The translations under genes and the position numbers were made by a program. This document shows positions 13,601-28,044 of a DNA stretch of 64,000 nt, one piece after another (the stretch's first letter is position 1; each line of letters starts with the position of its first letter). Under the pieces are notes generated by a model. It did not search any database, was not told the origin of the DNA, and saw only the letters and a program-made list of their open reading frames with translations. Source of the stretch: Octopus bimaculoides (lineage: Eukaryota). The DNA lies in contig NC_068997.1 in NCBI RefSeq assembly GCF_001194135.2, positions 53,998,114 to 54,062,113 of the forward strand, given 5' to 3'.

Positions 13601-14815
13601 TTCAGATTATCAAATATCGCTAAAAGCCTTTATATGAAGAACGATAAAACCAATTTCTAAATTGGGTGAATCAAAAAATCCATTTTCTTCATCCAAAACT
13701 AGAGATTAAGCTATTCATCTCATATTTGCAATTATCAAAACAATTGGTAAAGATGGTATAAATCGCTTGGACAAAAAAAAAAAAGATTCACCGAGAATCT
13801 CTGCAGAGAACATGTGCAGAGGAAAGACTAGTGTTTGACGTCCATATTTAATGAAATTGCGGAAAAGTAATATTAATTATAGTTTTCAAATTACTAGGAA
13901 ATATCTGAAGACGATTTAGGATTCATTTTAGTAAAGTAACAGTTTGGCGTATATTCATTCTCGCTCGGCCATTAAATTCTAATGAGCCCCTTTAATTCGA
14001 ATCCCAAATCAGATGGAAATCATGAACTGATAAATGAATAAATAAACAAACAAATAAATAAGGGAGGAAAATTAAAATATCTAAAATACAAAACAGCAGA
14101 CACACAGACATTACATACGCATTGTTGTATATGGGATCTATGCAATCGTTCACACACAAACACATGCGCATACAAACACACATTCGCAAACACACACAAA
14201 AAAAAATAAAATACGCGCAAATTAATAAACACATTCACGCACTTATAAAAACATTTACACACAAACATGCATTCACACACACGCACGCACAAACACACAT
14301 ACATACACACTCATAAACAAATTCACACTCAAAGAAACAATTAGAAGAAATATTGTTTTTCTTAGTAAATCTTTCCCCCGATTCCCTCGAGTTTGCTACA
14401 GAAATTAAGATTTAAAAATCAAACAATAAAATATTTCTATAAAAAAATATGAAACGTGATATAGACTGAAACTCTATTACTGTTTCAAGATTAGCAGAAA
14501 CTAAAAGAGATAAGATTTGGAAATAAATCAATCCGACTATGAATATTTCGGTGATTTTTGAAAGGAAATAAATAAAACTATACTATTATTGATTATTTTA
14601 ACATTGTTTATAGTTAATTAGTTAATTGCTTGTGTGTAATGAATATGAAAAGATGTGGTTTAAATAATTCTAACTTAATTCTAGTCTGTACACGTATCCG
14701 GATCCAGTGTCTGAAACTGGCCAGTCTCATTGGGGAAATATTTACCATTTACTCTGATAGCTATTTATGTTCAGTTAATAGACAGTTGACTCATGTGACT
14801 TGCAGTGAAGACTCA

Positions 14816-15080
14816 TTGCTTAGCGGTTAATTAATTGAGATCACGGTCGTAAGGTCGTGAGTTCAATTCCCGGCGACAGGCTTTTTATCCTTGAGCGAAA
14901 GTGTTTTTTTTTTTTCTCACGCTGCTTCAATCTGCACAACTGGCAAAAATGAGTCGTACCAGTAATTCAAAGGGAGTCAGCCTTGTCACAGTTTGTATCA
15001 CTGTGGATCACCTTAACAATCACGTCAAGAGTACGCGTGTCAGTGGAGTGTTCAGCCACTTGTGCACTAAATTCACGAGA
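14816..15080 (+). mobile_element. SINE family D (tRNA-like head plus CORE-like central block)
   Basis: Head gcttagcggtt...ggtcgtgagttcaattccc; body tccttgagc...ctggcaaaaatgagtcgtacc...agccttgtcaca...gtggagtgttcagccactt aligns with 29635-29912. Confidence 0.82.
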
Positions 15081-15090
15081 AGAAGAAGAG

Positions 15091-15303
15091 TCCGTTCCAC
15101 TAAAGGCACAAGGCCGGACATTTGGAGGGAGGGGAATAGTCAATTACGTCGACCCCAGTACGCAAACTGGTACTTAATTTATCGACCCGAATTAACGGAA
15201 GGCAAAGTCGACCTCGGCGGAATTTGAACACAGAACGTAGCAACGGGCGTAATACTGCTAAGCATTTTGTCCAGTGTGCTAACGATTCTGCCAGCTCACC
15301 GCC
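15091..15303 (-). mobile_element. SINE family A, full length
   Basis: Runs from the 3' end (taaaggcacaagg) to the head (gattctgccagctcaccgcc); the head abuts an (AAT)n tract. Confidence 0.88.
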
Positions 15304-15359
<56 letters not shown>

Positions 15360-15397
15360 AATAATNNNNNNNNNNATAATAATAATAATAATAATAA

Positions 15398-15428
<31 letters not shown>

Positions 15429-15475
15429 AAGAAGAAGAAGAAGAAGAAGAAGAAGAAGAAGAAGAAGAAGAAGAA
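15304..15475. repeat. (AAT)n followed by (AAG)n microsatellite, 10-N gap inside
   Basis: Directly visible. Confidence 0.95.
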
Positions 15476-16129
15476 ACCTTACGTTTTAGTGCGGAATACG
15501 TGATCTACATATTAAGGAAGTACAGAGTGAGATAGAAATGGTAAAGTAACGAACCGAAAGTTTTACGGAAATTAAATTTACCCCTTCACCTTTTTATCCG
15601 GCTCTGAGACGTCTTAGATATTTTCGCTCCATGTTCTATAGAATAAATGTCAAGAAGCTGAAAGACGTTGTAATAACGGAATTATCTGCCATATTTTTCT
15701 ACAACAAATGAGAATTCTTGTCAAATTTCCTTATTTTTGTTGTCATTGCGAAATTGTTTTAAATTAAAGACGCAGCGATTTTAAACTGACCACGCAACGC
15801 TTACCCTGTACGAAAAGCCACCGCCATTGTTGTGAAGTAGCAAAGTGTAATACCAACTTCTTTACATTTATATTAAATGTAGACGTTCAGTATTTACACC
15901 AAATATTACAACAGCTCTGCTCTTCTAATCGGTTATCCAAGCGCTTTTACAGTGACCAATATCGACCATTATAGAACTGACTCAGAACATTCACCTAGTT
16001 AATTATTTTTAACCTACAAATTACCCTTGTCATCATAAAGTTGTTCTGAATACACCGATTCTTATATTCCTTCACATCAAATTCTCATCATTTGATACTG
16101 TGAAATAATGACTATTAGTGACGAACATT

Positions 16130-17090
16130 GCTTTCTAGTCTTGTCATTACGGTTCCTACTAAAATAGATTGTTATCGCTTTTATTTCCTACGGACCGATA
16201 AATTTCAACCACATTTACCATACGTAATCTTTATTATCACCGTAAATTCTTCAGTTGCGACAGCTAGATCTGGAACAATCGCCATTGCTTTATAGCGGCA
16301 GGAATCGTAGCATGGCCTGATGCATTTGGGTTTTAAAATAAAATTTCTCTCCCGCGAACGACATGTAAAACATAGACCATATTTAAATAAAACTAACAAA
16401 CATATAAAGCCACATTTATCTGTCAGTTTATTTATTTTCACAACTTTTAGTGACTTGCTTTCGAAATAAATTCCATCACTTACTTTATTTCTGCTCTTCA
16501 GTATTTTTGTTGGACTGGTAATCATAATACAACTGATTTATAACCGAGTGGAACATCCTGAGGACACATCTAACCTCATATCAGTAATATAGTTGTCCTG
16601 TACCTTTTTTTATGGCGTTTAATCAACTTTTGTGTAATGTTGGTGGGAAGTATCTGAGAAAACGAACCAATCAAGCGCTGCAATGAGAGTATGACCTTGT
16701 TTCTCTGCAAGCGCTCAATGTAATTAACTTCTTTTAACATCGATGACCTTGAAAAAGACATAAGATACGCCTGTCAAACATTCATATTCCCAGGGTGTCA
16801 AAGATTTTTTATGGCTTCCTCTGGTAGTAAGAAATGAGTTTTGTTAAAATAGTAAGGGAAATGGATGAATCATTAAAGTAACGCATAAATATATTCTCCC
16901 AAGTTGTATGTAAACCATTTTCAAGTTTATGTCGGTAGGAATTGCCACAAAACCGACGAGGAAGGTTCGGGACGTAACCTCGATCTTCTACTATTTGCAG
17001 GAAAATTAAGTCCAAATCGTGGTCACGGATGGAATGTGTTTGATTATAGTTCTGTTTGATGAGGAGTGACCAAGGGATATGCAATCGGTG
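16130..17090 (-). mobile_element. possible heavily decayed RLE-type non-LTR retrotransposon 3' region
   Basis: Minus-strand fragment VPDLAVATEEFTVIIKIT resembles the PD-(x)n-E/D restriction-like endonuclease motif (PDiv....viiElTv). The rest is protein-like but full of stops. Similarity is weak. Confidence 0.3.
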
Positions 17091-17280
17091 ACATCAATTC
17101 TAGCAACGTCAATTGGTTTTTCAACCTTTCGGTATTGATACAACAAAAATCAATCTTGTACTAACTTAATTCTATCTATGATAACCGCCCTCGAATTAAA
17201 TGAATAATGGAAAATAATTAAAGAATAGTAGAAATATCAATTTCAAATTTATGGTAATTTTCGGGCAATTTCGACATGAG

Positions 17281-17467
17281 GAAATTTTAGGAGAAGGGTA
17301 AGTGATATGTAAACGGCCCTAGTATTCAACTGGTAGTCATTTTATCGATCCCGAAATGATAACAGGCAAAGTCAACCTTGGTGGAGTTTCAACTCAGAAC
17401 GTAATGACGGACGAAATGCTGCTGAGATTTTTGCCCGGCGTGCTAACCATTCTGCCAGATCGCTGCC
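17281..17467 (-). mobile_element. SINE family A
   Basis: ttttatcgatcccgaaatgataacaggcaaagtcaaccttgg...actcagaacgtaatgacggacgaaatg...gtgctaaccattctgccagatcgctgcc. Confidence 0.85.
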
Positions 17468-17581
17468 TTAAGAATAGTAGAAATATTAGACTTTATGTCA
17501 CTTTGCATCTTACGCGATTAAAATACGATACACGTACACACACACATACATATACATATATACACATATATACATACATAC

Positions 17582-17672
<91 letters not shown>

Positions 17673-17689
17673 TACATATGTATGTACTA

Positions 17690-17732
<43 letters not shown>

Positions 17733-18221
17733 GCATGTATATTGTATAGGTATGTACCGAGGCGTATATGTGTGTAAAAAACAACTTGTTTATAATGTTT
17801 GATTAGGTTCTTAAAACTTATAGCTCAGAACAACTGAATAAAAGCAAGATTTCATTTTACTTTTTTCAATAAATCGATAAAAATCCATTTCTAGTTCGAA
17901 ATGAAATATTTCCTCCCACCATTTTTTGCTTCCATTCTTTCTATGGTTGCATTATTCTCTGCTGAGCGATGTGTACTTTCCACACTAAAGGCATATTCTT
18001 TATTCTTTACTTCTTTCTGATTTTCGTTTTTCTGCTTTTATATATTGAATATCAAAGGAACGCCCTTTCTCAAGAATATAAAACAACAAACGATAGCTGA
18101 GACATATAAACCTACATACACCCAGCCGTATACAGTAACTACCATTTATTTTACTGGCTGTCAAAACGAGAGGAACTATAGTACAAGCCTAAGAGAGTGG
18201 CCGAGGAAATATACATTAAAC

Positions 18222-18276
<55 letters not shown>

Positions 18277-18944
18277 ATATAAAAGTTTCTCTTTCTTTTC
18301 TTTATTTCCATACCAATGTGGAAGAATATAAATCATGCTTTCGATATTTTGAGTGTTCGTAGTATCCATCATTGGGGTTTTATTAGTCCAAATCGATTCC
18401 ACTGGCCCAGAGCCACAATCAATATACGATTAATCTTTCTAGTTTATTGACCTGCAATGACGAAAGCTAAACGTTAACGCATGCCAAAATGTCTGAGGTA
18501 TAAGTTTAAAGGCATGATTGCTGAGGGTCAAGCGATTTCTAACTCATAGCCCTCGAGGATATGGTTGATGAAATTTGTAACAATGAAAAAGTAAAGACGA
18601 GGAATACTAGCAGCGCGAATGCGTGACTCTACGTATCTATATATATAGGCAATATGCGTAGTTTATTCTAATTCCGTCGTGTAAGACCCTCATGCATATA
18701 TTATCGAAATTGTAAAATTTAATGACATTTTTAAAAAATAGATGGAAACCCTGTTCCAGTTATTAAACAAGAGTAGCAGAATGGCGGAGAGTTGGTAGTG
18801 ATGGAATATTTCCGTCACTTTAATTTCCTGCTCTATTAAGATGAGGCTTAAAATAAATCTCATTTCCTCGCAGATAATTCCATATCCATTTCCTCCTCTG
18901 TGCCGCAACACGTTCTTAAATGCGATATAAAGAGCATGATAAGT

Positions 18945-19153
18945 GCACCGAGCTGGCAGAAGCATTAGTACGGCAAGCAAATTATTTAGCGGCATTTTGT
19001 TCATCGTTACGTTCTGAGTTCAAATTCTGCCGAGGTCGACTTTGCGTTTCATCCTGTCGGGGGGTCGGTACTATGACTAGTAGTTGAACATTGGGGTCGA
19101 TGTAATCGAGTTATCCCCCTCCCGAAATTGGTTGGCCTGAGATTATAGTAGAA
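18945..19153 (+). mobile_element. SINE family A, full length
   Basis: cgagctggcagaagcattag...gttctgagttcaaattctgccgaggtcgactttgcgtttcatcc...ggggtcgatgtaatcgag. Confidence 0.85.
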
Positions 19154-19233
19154 GATACTTGCTTAAGGTTCCACGCACTGAACCACGAGCCATGTGGTTG
19201 GAAACGAGCTTCCTACCACAGCCACGCCTGCGC
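19154..19233 (-). mobile_element. SINE family B head
   Basis: ccacgcactgaacc...ccatgtggttggaaacgagcttcctaccacagccacgcctgcgc is the reverse complement of the family B head. Confidence 0.75.
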
Positions 19234-19357
19234 ATTTATTTTATATTTTATTTTATAGATCTTGAAAGGATGAACAACAAAGTCGATCTCAGCGAGATTT
19301 CGAGTCAGTGAGTAAAAATATAGCACAAACACAGCAAAGCATCTCATCCAACGTTTT

Positions 19358-19416
<59 letters not shown>

Positions 19417-19514
19417 NNNNNNNNNNNNNNNNNNNNNNNNNNNNNNNNNNNNNNNNNNNNNNNNNNNNNNNNNNNNNNNNNNNNNNNNNNNNNNNNNNNN
19501 NNNNNNNNNNNNNN

Positions 19515-19547
<33 letters not shown>

Positions 19548-21184
19548 TCTCTCTGTGCATCTAATAGTTTCGAACTTTATACGCAAAAGCCAGCAATTTT
19601 TGAGGGGTCGGGTGGTATTCACTACCATCGACACCAGTAAACAAACTGACTCTAATCCCACCACATACAAAATAAAAGAGAAACACAAAAGAAAGAGATA
19701 ATCTCTATCCCAAATGTTGGTCAAGAATTATCTGTACTTACTTCTGTTCGGATCTATTTTGGTGCCAAAAGAAAAATAAAAACTTATTTTGTCACATAAA
19801 TATTCCACTGTATTATGGTATTAATGTGAACGTCTTAACGCTAAGCCACACTGCTGCCCTTCTCCGCCATTTCAGATGACGAAACGACTTAAAGTGTCGG
19901 AACTCGTCTAGAATGTGATTTCTAGCAATTTCAAATAAATTACATTTACTCTTATCTCCGCTCACTTATATACACAATGTTCCATACATTCTATTGTATA
20001 AACACTGTATTTCATTCTATTGTTTTATTTTTATTAGTGGCCATGTTTGATCATCGTGTTCAAGGAATTATGTGAAAGCCACTGTACAAGCGCCTATTTT
20101 GTGGTCTCTCTTTCTCGATTATAGGAGTTTAACTATGAAGTTATGAAGCTGAGGGTGGTAGGTAATTTCCTCCAGAGATTATAATTAACAGTAAAGTCAT
20201 AGCTTATTGCTTAGATGCACACTCGTGCACACAGGTTCGTTTTTTTGTCTTCTCACAAAATTTCGCTCACAACTGTTTGACCGAAGCCAGAACAGAAGCA
20301 AATAATCTCCTGAAGAACCATGCTACAGTGGTGAGAATGAAGTCATGATTTTGTGAAGCGAAATTCTTAGACTTGCAATTATATTTTATACACCAAACAA
20401 TGTTTCTATACCCCATCTTATAAAAACAATTATCCATAAACTATTTTTTCCTATACACTATATTTTATTCGCCATATTGTATCCACTGATTACCTCCCCA
20501 TTTATTAGAACATCAAATGAAACATCAAACCGTAGATTGAATTTCGTGCAATTTTCTTTTCTCATATCATTAATGAGCGCCATTTGCAAACGTTCATTAT
20601 GGTTATTATATAAGCAAATATGCATCATAAACCATACGCAGTTTGTGCACGCTTAGAGAAGCCAGCATTCTGTTATTTTCAGTTTACGTCACTCTTTATA
20701 TTGACGAGGCATCTACCTGTCATATTCCATGCTTATTTACCATTCCATTACATTTAGGTTCCGTCTATTCACATACTCATTGAAACATGCAATTTCCATA
20801 TGATTGTCATTTAATTGTGAACTCTGATGGCCACTTCCTTTGATTAGCGTTCAACTTCGGAGATGTTTTCTATTTCTCTACAATATGAAAGAAATAACAT
20901 ACAGAACCGTGTAAAACATATCGTTATATTATTTTGTGTATTTCTAGGTTATTGCATTACATAGCGAGATACTACAGCGCATGTAAGTATGATTCATTGC
21001 TTTTCTTTCTGGTGTAAATAAATATCCATCCTAATTATCATCATTGTTGCTGTGGTTTTTTTCCTAATGTTATCATTAGAAATATATAACCACAGCACAA
21101 TTTGTAAGACTGACAATATCACAGAACAAACAGAAAATATATTCAAGTAAAATGTTATTGATGAAAATTTATATCTTCAAATGC

Positions 21185-21458
<274 letters not shown>

Positions 21459-21712
21459 GTGTGTTTCCCTGTGTATATTTGTATTTGTGTATTCGTTGTC
21501 TCTTTCTCTGCTTGTGCTTAAAGCACACCCCTTTATAATTACATAAATTGTCAATCATTCTAGATTGTTTGACACGTAAATAGGTCTCTTTCTTCATACT
21601 GACGTCAACTGCGCGACGTCTTTACACACAACGATATGTAACGATGGCACAAATTAATTTAATGTCATACATCTGCAGCCATATATATTCAAATCGGTTA
21701 GTATGTCTACTA

Positions 21713-21880
21713 ATGGCTAATGTGTAAGAGGCTTCCTTCCCAATCACATCGTTCCGGGTTCAGTTTCACTACGTGGCACCTTGCTTAGTTGTTTTCTAGT
21801 GTAATCTCGGGCCGAGCAAAGTATTGTGAATGGATTTGGTAGAATGGATATGAAAGAAGCCCATCGTACATATATACACA
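21713..21880 (+). mobile_element. SINE family B, 5' half
   Basis: cttcccaatcacatcgttccgggttcagtttcactacgtggcaccttg...gaatggatttggtag...gaaagaagcccatcgt. Confidence 0.78.
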
Positions 21881-21895
21881 AAGAATTTGTAGTAA

Positions 21896-21974
21896 GGGCA
21901 GTTTAGCTTAAATGTCAGAGCACCGCGACGCGTAATCACGGGGTTGTGAGTTCGAGTCTCAGAGCTGGCCGCCA
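21896..21974 (+). pseudogene. tRNA-derived pseudogene or SINE head (imperfect cloverleaf ending in CCA)
   Basis: D arm tagctt...gagc; anticodon arm cgcga-cgcgtaa-tcacg (one mismatch); T arm gtgag-ttcgagt-ctcag; acceptor ggcagtt/agctggc with a mismatch; 3' gcca. Confidence 0.55.
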
Positions 21975-22619
21975 ACACTTTTTCTACAAAATTCGGGTAG
22001 TTTATCCTGTTCAGGCTATATTATTAGCATTATCCTGCGTTTGAGAATTTTTAAAAATCACTTGTTTAACTTTCTAAGACATCTCAACGCTTCTAAAGCA
22101 AACTTCATTTGTTTGTTTACTTTCATCGTAATTTGTATATATATATATATATACATGCACACACAACACACAAACAGACATATATGCGTAATTGTTAGGA
22201 TCACACGGAATTCTTTGATTCTGTATGAGTTATTTTAAAAGGTAGATGCTTCTCATTTTGACATATTAGACTTTTTATTTCCTTACTTTCCACCATCTTG
22301 TAGAATTACCAAAAATTTGAAAACAAAACTAGAATATTATCTAACAAAACCATTTTCTGAGAGTTGTCTTCCAGCAATATAAAACGTCTAGCAAGTGTCC
22401 AAAGTCGACGATTGATTTTTTTCAAGCATTCTAGTTTTATGTATTCAGCCGACCGTCGACAAAACATAAATGGTCCGTGAATTTTGCAGATTTCTTGAGA
22501 TTTTCACCCGAGAGCTAACTTTTTTAGACATCTTCAGATACTGAAATCTCTTTGGTAAAACGTCTAATCTGCAATAATATAATTCCACTTAACGATAGCT
22601 AACACGTACGCTGTAATGA

Positions 22620-22691
<72 letters not shown>

Positions 22692-23291
22692 NNNNNNNNN
22701 NNNNNNNNNNNNNNNNNNNNNNNNNNNNNNNNNNNNNNNNNNNNNNNNNNNNNNNNNNNNNNNNNNNNNNNNNNNNNNNNNNNNNNNNNNNNNNNNNNNN
22801 NNNNNNNNNNNNNNNNNNNNNNNNNNNNNNNNNNNNNNNNNNNNNNNNNNNNNNNNNNNNNNNNNNNNNNNNNNNNNNNNNNNNNNNNNNNNNNNNNNNN
22901 NNNNNNNNNNNNNNNNNNNNNNNNNNNNNNNNNNNNNNNNNNNNNNNNNNNNNNNNNNNNNNNNNNNNNNNNNNNNNNNNNNNNNNNNNNNNNNNNNNNN
23001 NNNNNNNNNNNNNNNNNNNNNNNNNNNNNNNNNNNNNNNNNNNNNNNNNNNNNNNNNNNNNNNNNNNNNNNNNNNNNNNNNNNNNNNNNNNNNNNNNNNN
23101 NNNNNNNNNNNNNNNNNNNNNNNNNNNNNNNNNNNNNNNNNNNNNNNNNNNNNNNNNNNNNNNNNNNNNNNNNNNNNNNNNNNNNNNNNNNNNNNNNNNN
23201 NNNNNNNNNNNNNNNNNNNNNNNNNNNNNNNNNNNNNNNNNNNNNNNNNNNNNNNNNNNNNNNNNNNNNNNNNNNNNNNNNNNNNNNNNNN

Positions 23292-23454
23292 TAATATGAT
23301 TTATTGTTTCTTGTCGATCTCCACATATTCTACAGTTACTTGTTATATTTCTTTTCATTATGTGTTTTTGGTAATTTCTGGTGGGGAGGCTTTGGTCTTG
23401 TGCAGCAATTAAAAATCCTTCAGTCTCTGCTTTGAGTCCTGAGCTTCTCAGCCA

Positions 23455-23456
<2 letters not shown>
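23292..23456 (-). mobile_element. R4/Dong-type non-LTR retrotransposon, 5'-truncated piece with zinc-knuckle region
   Basis: Minus frame WLRSSGLKAETEGFLIAAQDQSLPTRNYQKHIMKRNITSNCRICGDRQETINHI matches the R4/Dong ETEgliiAAQdQ...CRxC...ETxxHI signature. It starts directly at a (TAA)n tract and runs into the 600-N gap. Confidence 0.85.
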
Positions 23457-23512
<56 letters not shown>

Positions 23513-23642
23513 TTAGCGTCGTCGTTGTTGTTGCTTTTATCCTTCTTTTCCTGGGTTATCTGTTTCACGTCCTAGCTCCTTCATGCATTTTAGAGACGCA
23601 ACACTTGCCTCGACACGAGATGTTCCAAGTATTTCTCCCAAA

Positions 23643-23720
23643 TATTATTATTATTATTATTATTGAGTGAGAGAGCAGTGTATGCCATCAAAGTGACACT
23701 AAGGTAAAATATACAAAGCC
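23643..23720 (-). mobile_element. 3' end of a retroelement with (TAA)n tail (second copy at 61483-61530, +)
   Basis: tgagtgagagagcagtgtatgccatcaaagtgaca is the reverse complement of tgtcactttgatggcatgcactgctctctcactca at 61485-61519. Both end in (taa)n. Confidence 0.65.
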
Positions 23721-24032
23721 GCGGTCTTGACAATCTTTAATTCATTTACATATTACTGTGCCTTTTCTTACACTGAATATTTATTTCTGGGTAGTCTTGT
23801 ACTTTCAGACAAGTTCGAGTATTCAGTCATTAGTTTTATTTGGATAGGTGTCTATCTCTATGGTTGCTGTCTTTAGAGAGACAGTTTCATCTGCACTGCT
23901 GTGTTTTATGAGTTTCATATCTCTTCAGATTTTCCACAGAGAGGGGAAAACGACTCGTGAGATCTTGTGTGTCGATCTAAATACTGAAAATTGATACGGG
24001 AAAATAAAACATTAAACCAAACTGACTTCTGA

Positions 24033-24104
<72 letters not shown>

Positions 24105-24469
24105 CTTGGTTAATATTTACCTAATATTTCGCGTTGATTCGCTTATCAGATCTTGAGAGTTAGAAATTTAAACGATACGTTATTAAACAAAAGGAAAGAA
24201 TTATAAATGGACGAAAAGCGAAGACCCAACTTTAAACAATATCGGAAAATCAAAACCAAAGCAACAACAACAACAACAACAACAATATAGTGATATCACA
24301 TAGATATACAGACTGATAATTAAACAAACACAAGCAAACAAACAAACAAATGAACAAATATAAGGAAAACAACAACACTAAAATATTTAAAGAACACAAA
24401 ACTACACAAGATTTTTGAAAACAATATATCAATATTTATAACGCAAGACGTCTCCACGACATTATTTGT

Positions 24470-25300
<831 letters not shown>

Positions 25301-26130
25301 GTGATAATTTAGAATTANNNNNNNNNNNNNNNNNNNNNNNNNNNNNNNNNNNNNNNNNNNNNNNNNNNNNNNNNNNNNNNNNNNNNNNNNNNNNNNNNNN
25401 NNNNNNNNNNNNNNNNNNNNNNNNNNNNNNNNNNNNNNNNNNNNNNNNNNNNNNNNNNNNNNNNNNNNNNNNNNNNNNNNNNNNNNNNNNNNNNNNNNNN
25501 NNNNNNNNNNNNNNNNNNNNNNNNNNNNNNNNNNNNNNNNNNNNNNNNNNNNNNNNNNNNNNNNNNNNNNNNNNNNNNNNNNNNNNNNNNNNNNNNNNNN
25601 NNNNNNNNNNNNNNNNNNNNNNNNNNNNNNNNNNNNNNNNNNNNNNNNNNNNNNNNNNNNNNNNNNNNNNNNNNNNNNNNNNNNNNNNNNNNNNNNNNNN
25701 NNNNNNNNNNNNNNNNNNNNNNNNNNNNNNNNNNNNNNNNNNNNNNNNNNNNNNNNNNNNNNNNNNNNNNNNNNNNNNNNNNNNNNNNNNNNNNNNNNNN
25801 NNNNNNNNNNNNNNNNNNNNNNNNNNNNNNNNNNNNNNNNNNNNNNNNNNNNNNNNNNNNNNNNNNNNNNNNNNNNNNNNNNNNNNNNNNNNNNNNNNNN
25901 NNNNNNNNNNNNNNNNNNNNNNNNNNNNNNNNNNNNNNNNNNNNNNNNNNNNNNNNNNNNNNNNNNNNNNNNNNNNNNNNNNNNNNNNNNNNNNNNNNNN
26001 NNNNNNNNNNNNNNNNNNNNNNNNNNNNNNNNNNNNNNNNNNNNNNNNNNNNNNNNNNNNNNNNNNNNNNNNNNNNNNNNNNNNNNNNNNNNNNNNNNNN
26101 NNNNNNNNNNNNNNNNNNNNNNNNNNNNNN

Positions 26131-26164
<34 letters not shown>

Positions 26165-27850
26165 CACACACACACATATATGTATAAATATATAAACATA
26201 TATAAATACATATGATATATATAGTATATATTTATATAGATATAGAATGTATACAAGATTATTATAAATGTATATCTTACAATTCTATTATGTATGTATG
26301 CATGTATCTATCTATGTCCGTATGTTTATATATACGTACATATATATATATATATATGTATGTACGTGTGTGCTTATGTATGTGTGTATTACAATTTCCG
26401 CCATTATAGCAAAATATCCCAGGTGGGTTATATAAATGTGACGTGTATTAACACTATGAATATACTGCGGTTCCCTGTTATCTGGCATATTTATGAGATT
26501 TATAAGATATCAAATTAGGGTTACACCTTTACAAGTTGTGGCTAATGACTGCTATAATATTTGCATAAAATACCTGATATAAATTAGTATATAGGAAATG
26601 CGTAATTGAGCTTTCTCTTTCATAGTTAGTTTAAGAGTAACAATTGAAATTTTAACGACATAATTACTTAATAACTGAACGTAGAAGATTTGATAAACCC
26701 TCTGTTGACTGGGGCTTCAAATTGCACAAAATGGTTTATTCACTCAGTGTATTCTAATGTATTGAACTAGGTATTAAACAGGTTCATGTGGCCTATTAAA
26801 GAAAACTGCAGTTTTTTCAGTACACGTCGTAATTAATCTAGCAGAACTAAGCTCAAATGAGAGAGCTATCTTCCATTACATTATCTAAAGTGTAATATCC
26901 TTTTGAATGTAACCGTAGAAATCAATATTTATTACTATTTTTTTTAAATTGCAGCTAAATCTACCTTAAATTATACCCTAACGGTTTGTACTTTCCGTTT
27001 TTTCTCTCCCTGTAACAGAAGCCATGTTTTTAACAGATTATAATGACTAATAAATTCACCAGCAATTATCTCCCACTCTAGAAGCACCTGAATTATATAA
27101 TAGATCTCCCGATGCATCTATATCTATCTTATAAATGTATATCTACTTTCGCTCTTATATTAAATCATCAAAATATAATGGTTGAACGTTAGAGAGTTTC
27201 TTTGGTGTAATAGTTTCGCATAAGTGATGGTTGTAATAGATTTCTGGTTCAACCGTTGCATGTAGATTTTCGCACTTTTCTGCCAAAGGGTTTTCAAACC
27301 TGTGTATTTGAACTATTATTTACCGTTAGATTCTCATGCAAGACAAATTATTAATAAAAGCCTTATTGAATATAAGATTTATATATGATGTGATGGTAGT
27401 CTCTCGCGCTCCTAGAAAAACGGTTCCGCAATACACTGCCGAATAACCTGAACGAATAATTTATTTATAGGGATCAAATATATGAGCAGTCCATTAGCTC
27501 CCCACACCTATCAAATTGATGCTTTCTGAACAGGTGTCTGTCCGTAAAGTGAAACGACGATCTTGCGATCGTGAAAGCAAAACCCTAATCTTTTCACCAT
27601 CCGACTATATGCTATACTACTATACTAATTTCCCTGGTGTCAGCTGATAAGATTCGAGGAGGATATACTCTGTTAAAGAGGTCCAATAGGGTGGAAACAC
27701 GTCTTCGTTAACACGTTGCTGCAAAAAGCGCAACTTCACCTTAAGTGTACAAGGTGACTTAAAGTGATTAATTATTAATTTCTTCTAATTATATATCTTC
27801 CTTTCTTTGGCAGTCACTAACAATGGCCGCTAGGTTTTTCTTATCTTTCT

Positions 27851-28044
27851 CCAGCGGTGAGGAAACTCCTATTAATTAAGAATCAGGTGAGTTCGCTTTT
27901 CATTACATCCTTCCGGAACTTCATTTCACTAAAGATCCTCTCCATCTCTTTCTCATCCTGCAGCCACTCGTCTTTCACTTCATTTCAAAAGTTAACTCTA
28001 TTCACAGCCTGTAATATCCTTTCGCTATCAAACGCTATCTTGCC
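27851..28044 (-). pseudogene. decayed protein-coding remnant, probably transposon-derived
   Basis: One frame reads GKIAFDSERILQAVNRVNF*NEVKDEWLQDEKEMERIFSEMKFRKDVMKSELT*FLINRSFLTAGER. It is not low-complexity, and both stops are TGA, one transition from TGG or CGA. Family not recognised. Confidence 0.35.

Noticed and set aside
20305-20345. ctgaaga-acca...tggt-gaga resembling a hammerhead core plus helix II
   Set aside because: It lacks GAAA and helix III, and lies in what looks like a decayed minus-strand SINE B head.
27660-27715. Hammerhead-like remnant (aga-ggtcc-aata-gggtg-gaaac-ac-gtc)
   Set aside because: The CUGANGA core is absent, helix II is mismatched and there is no helix I. It is too decayed to call.
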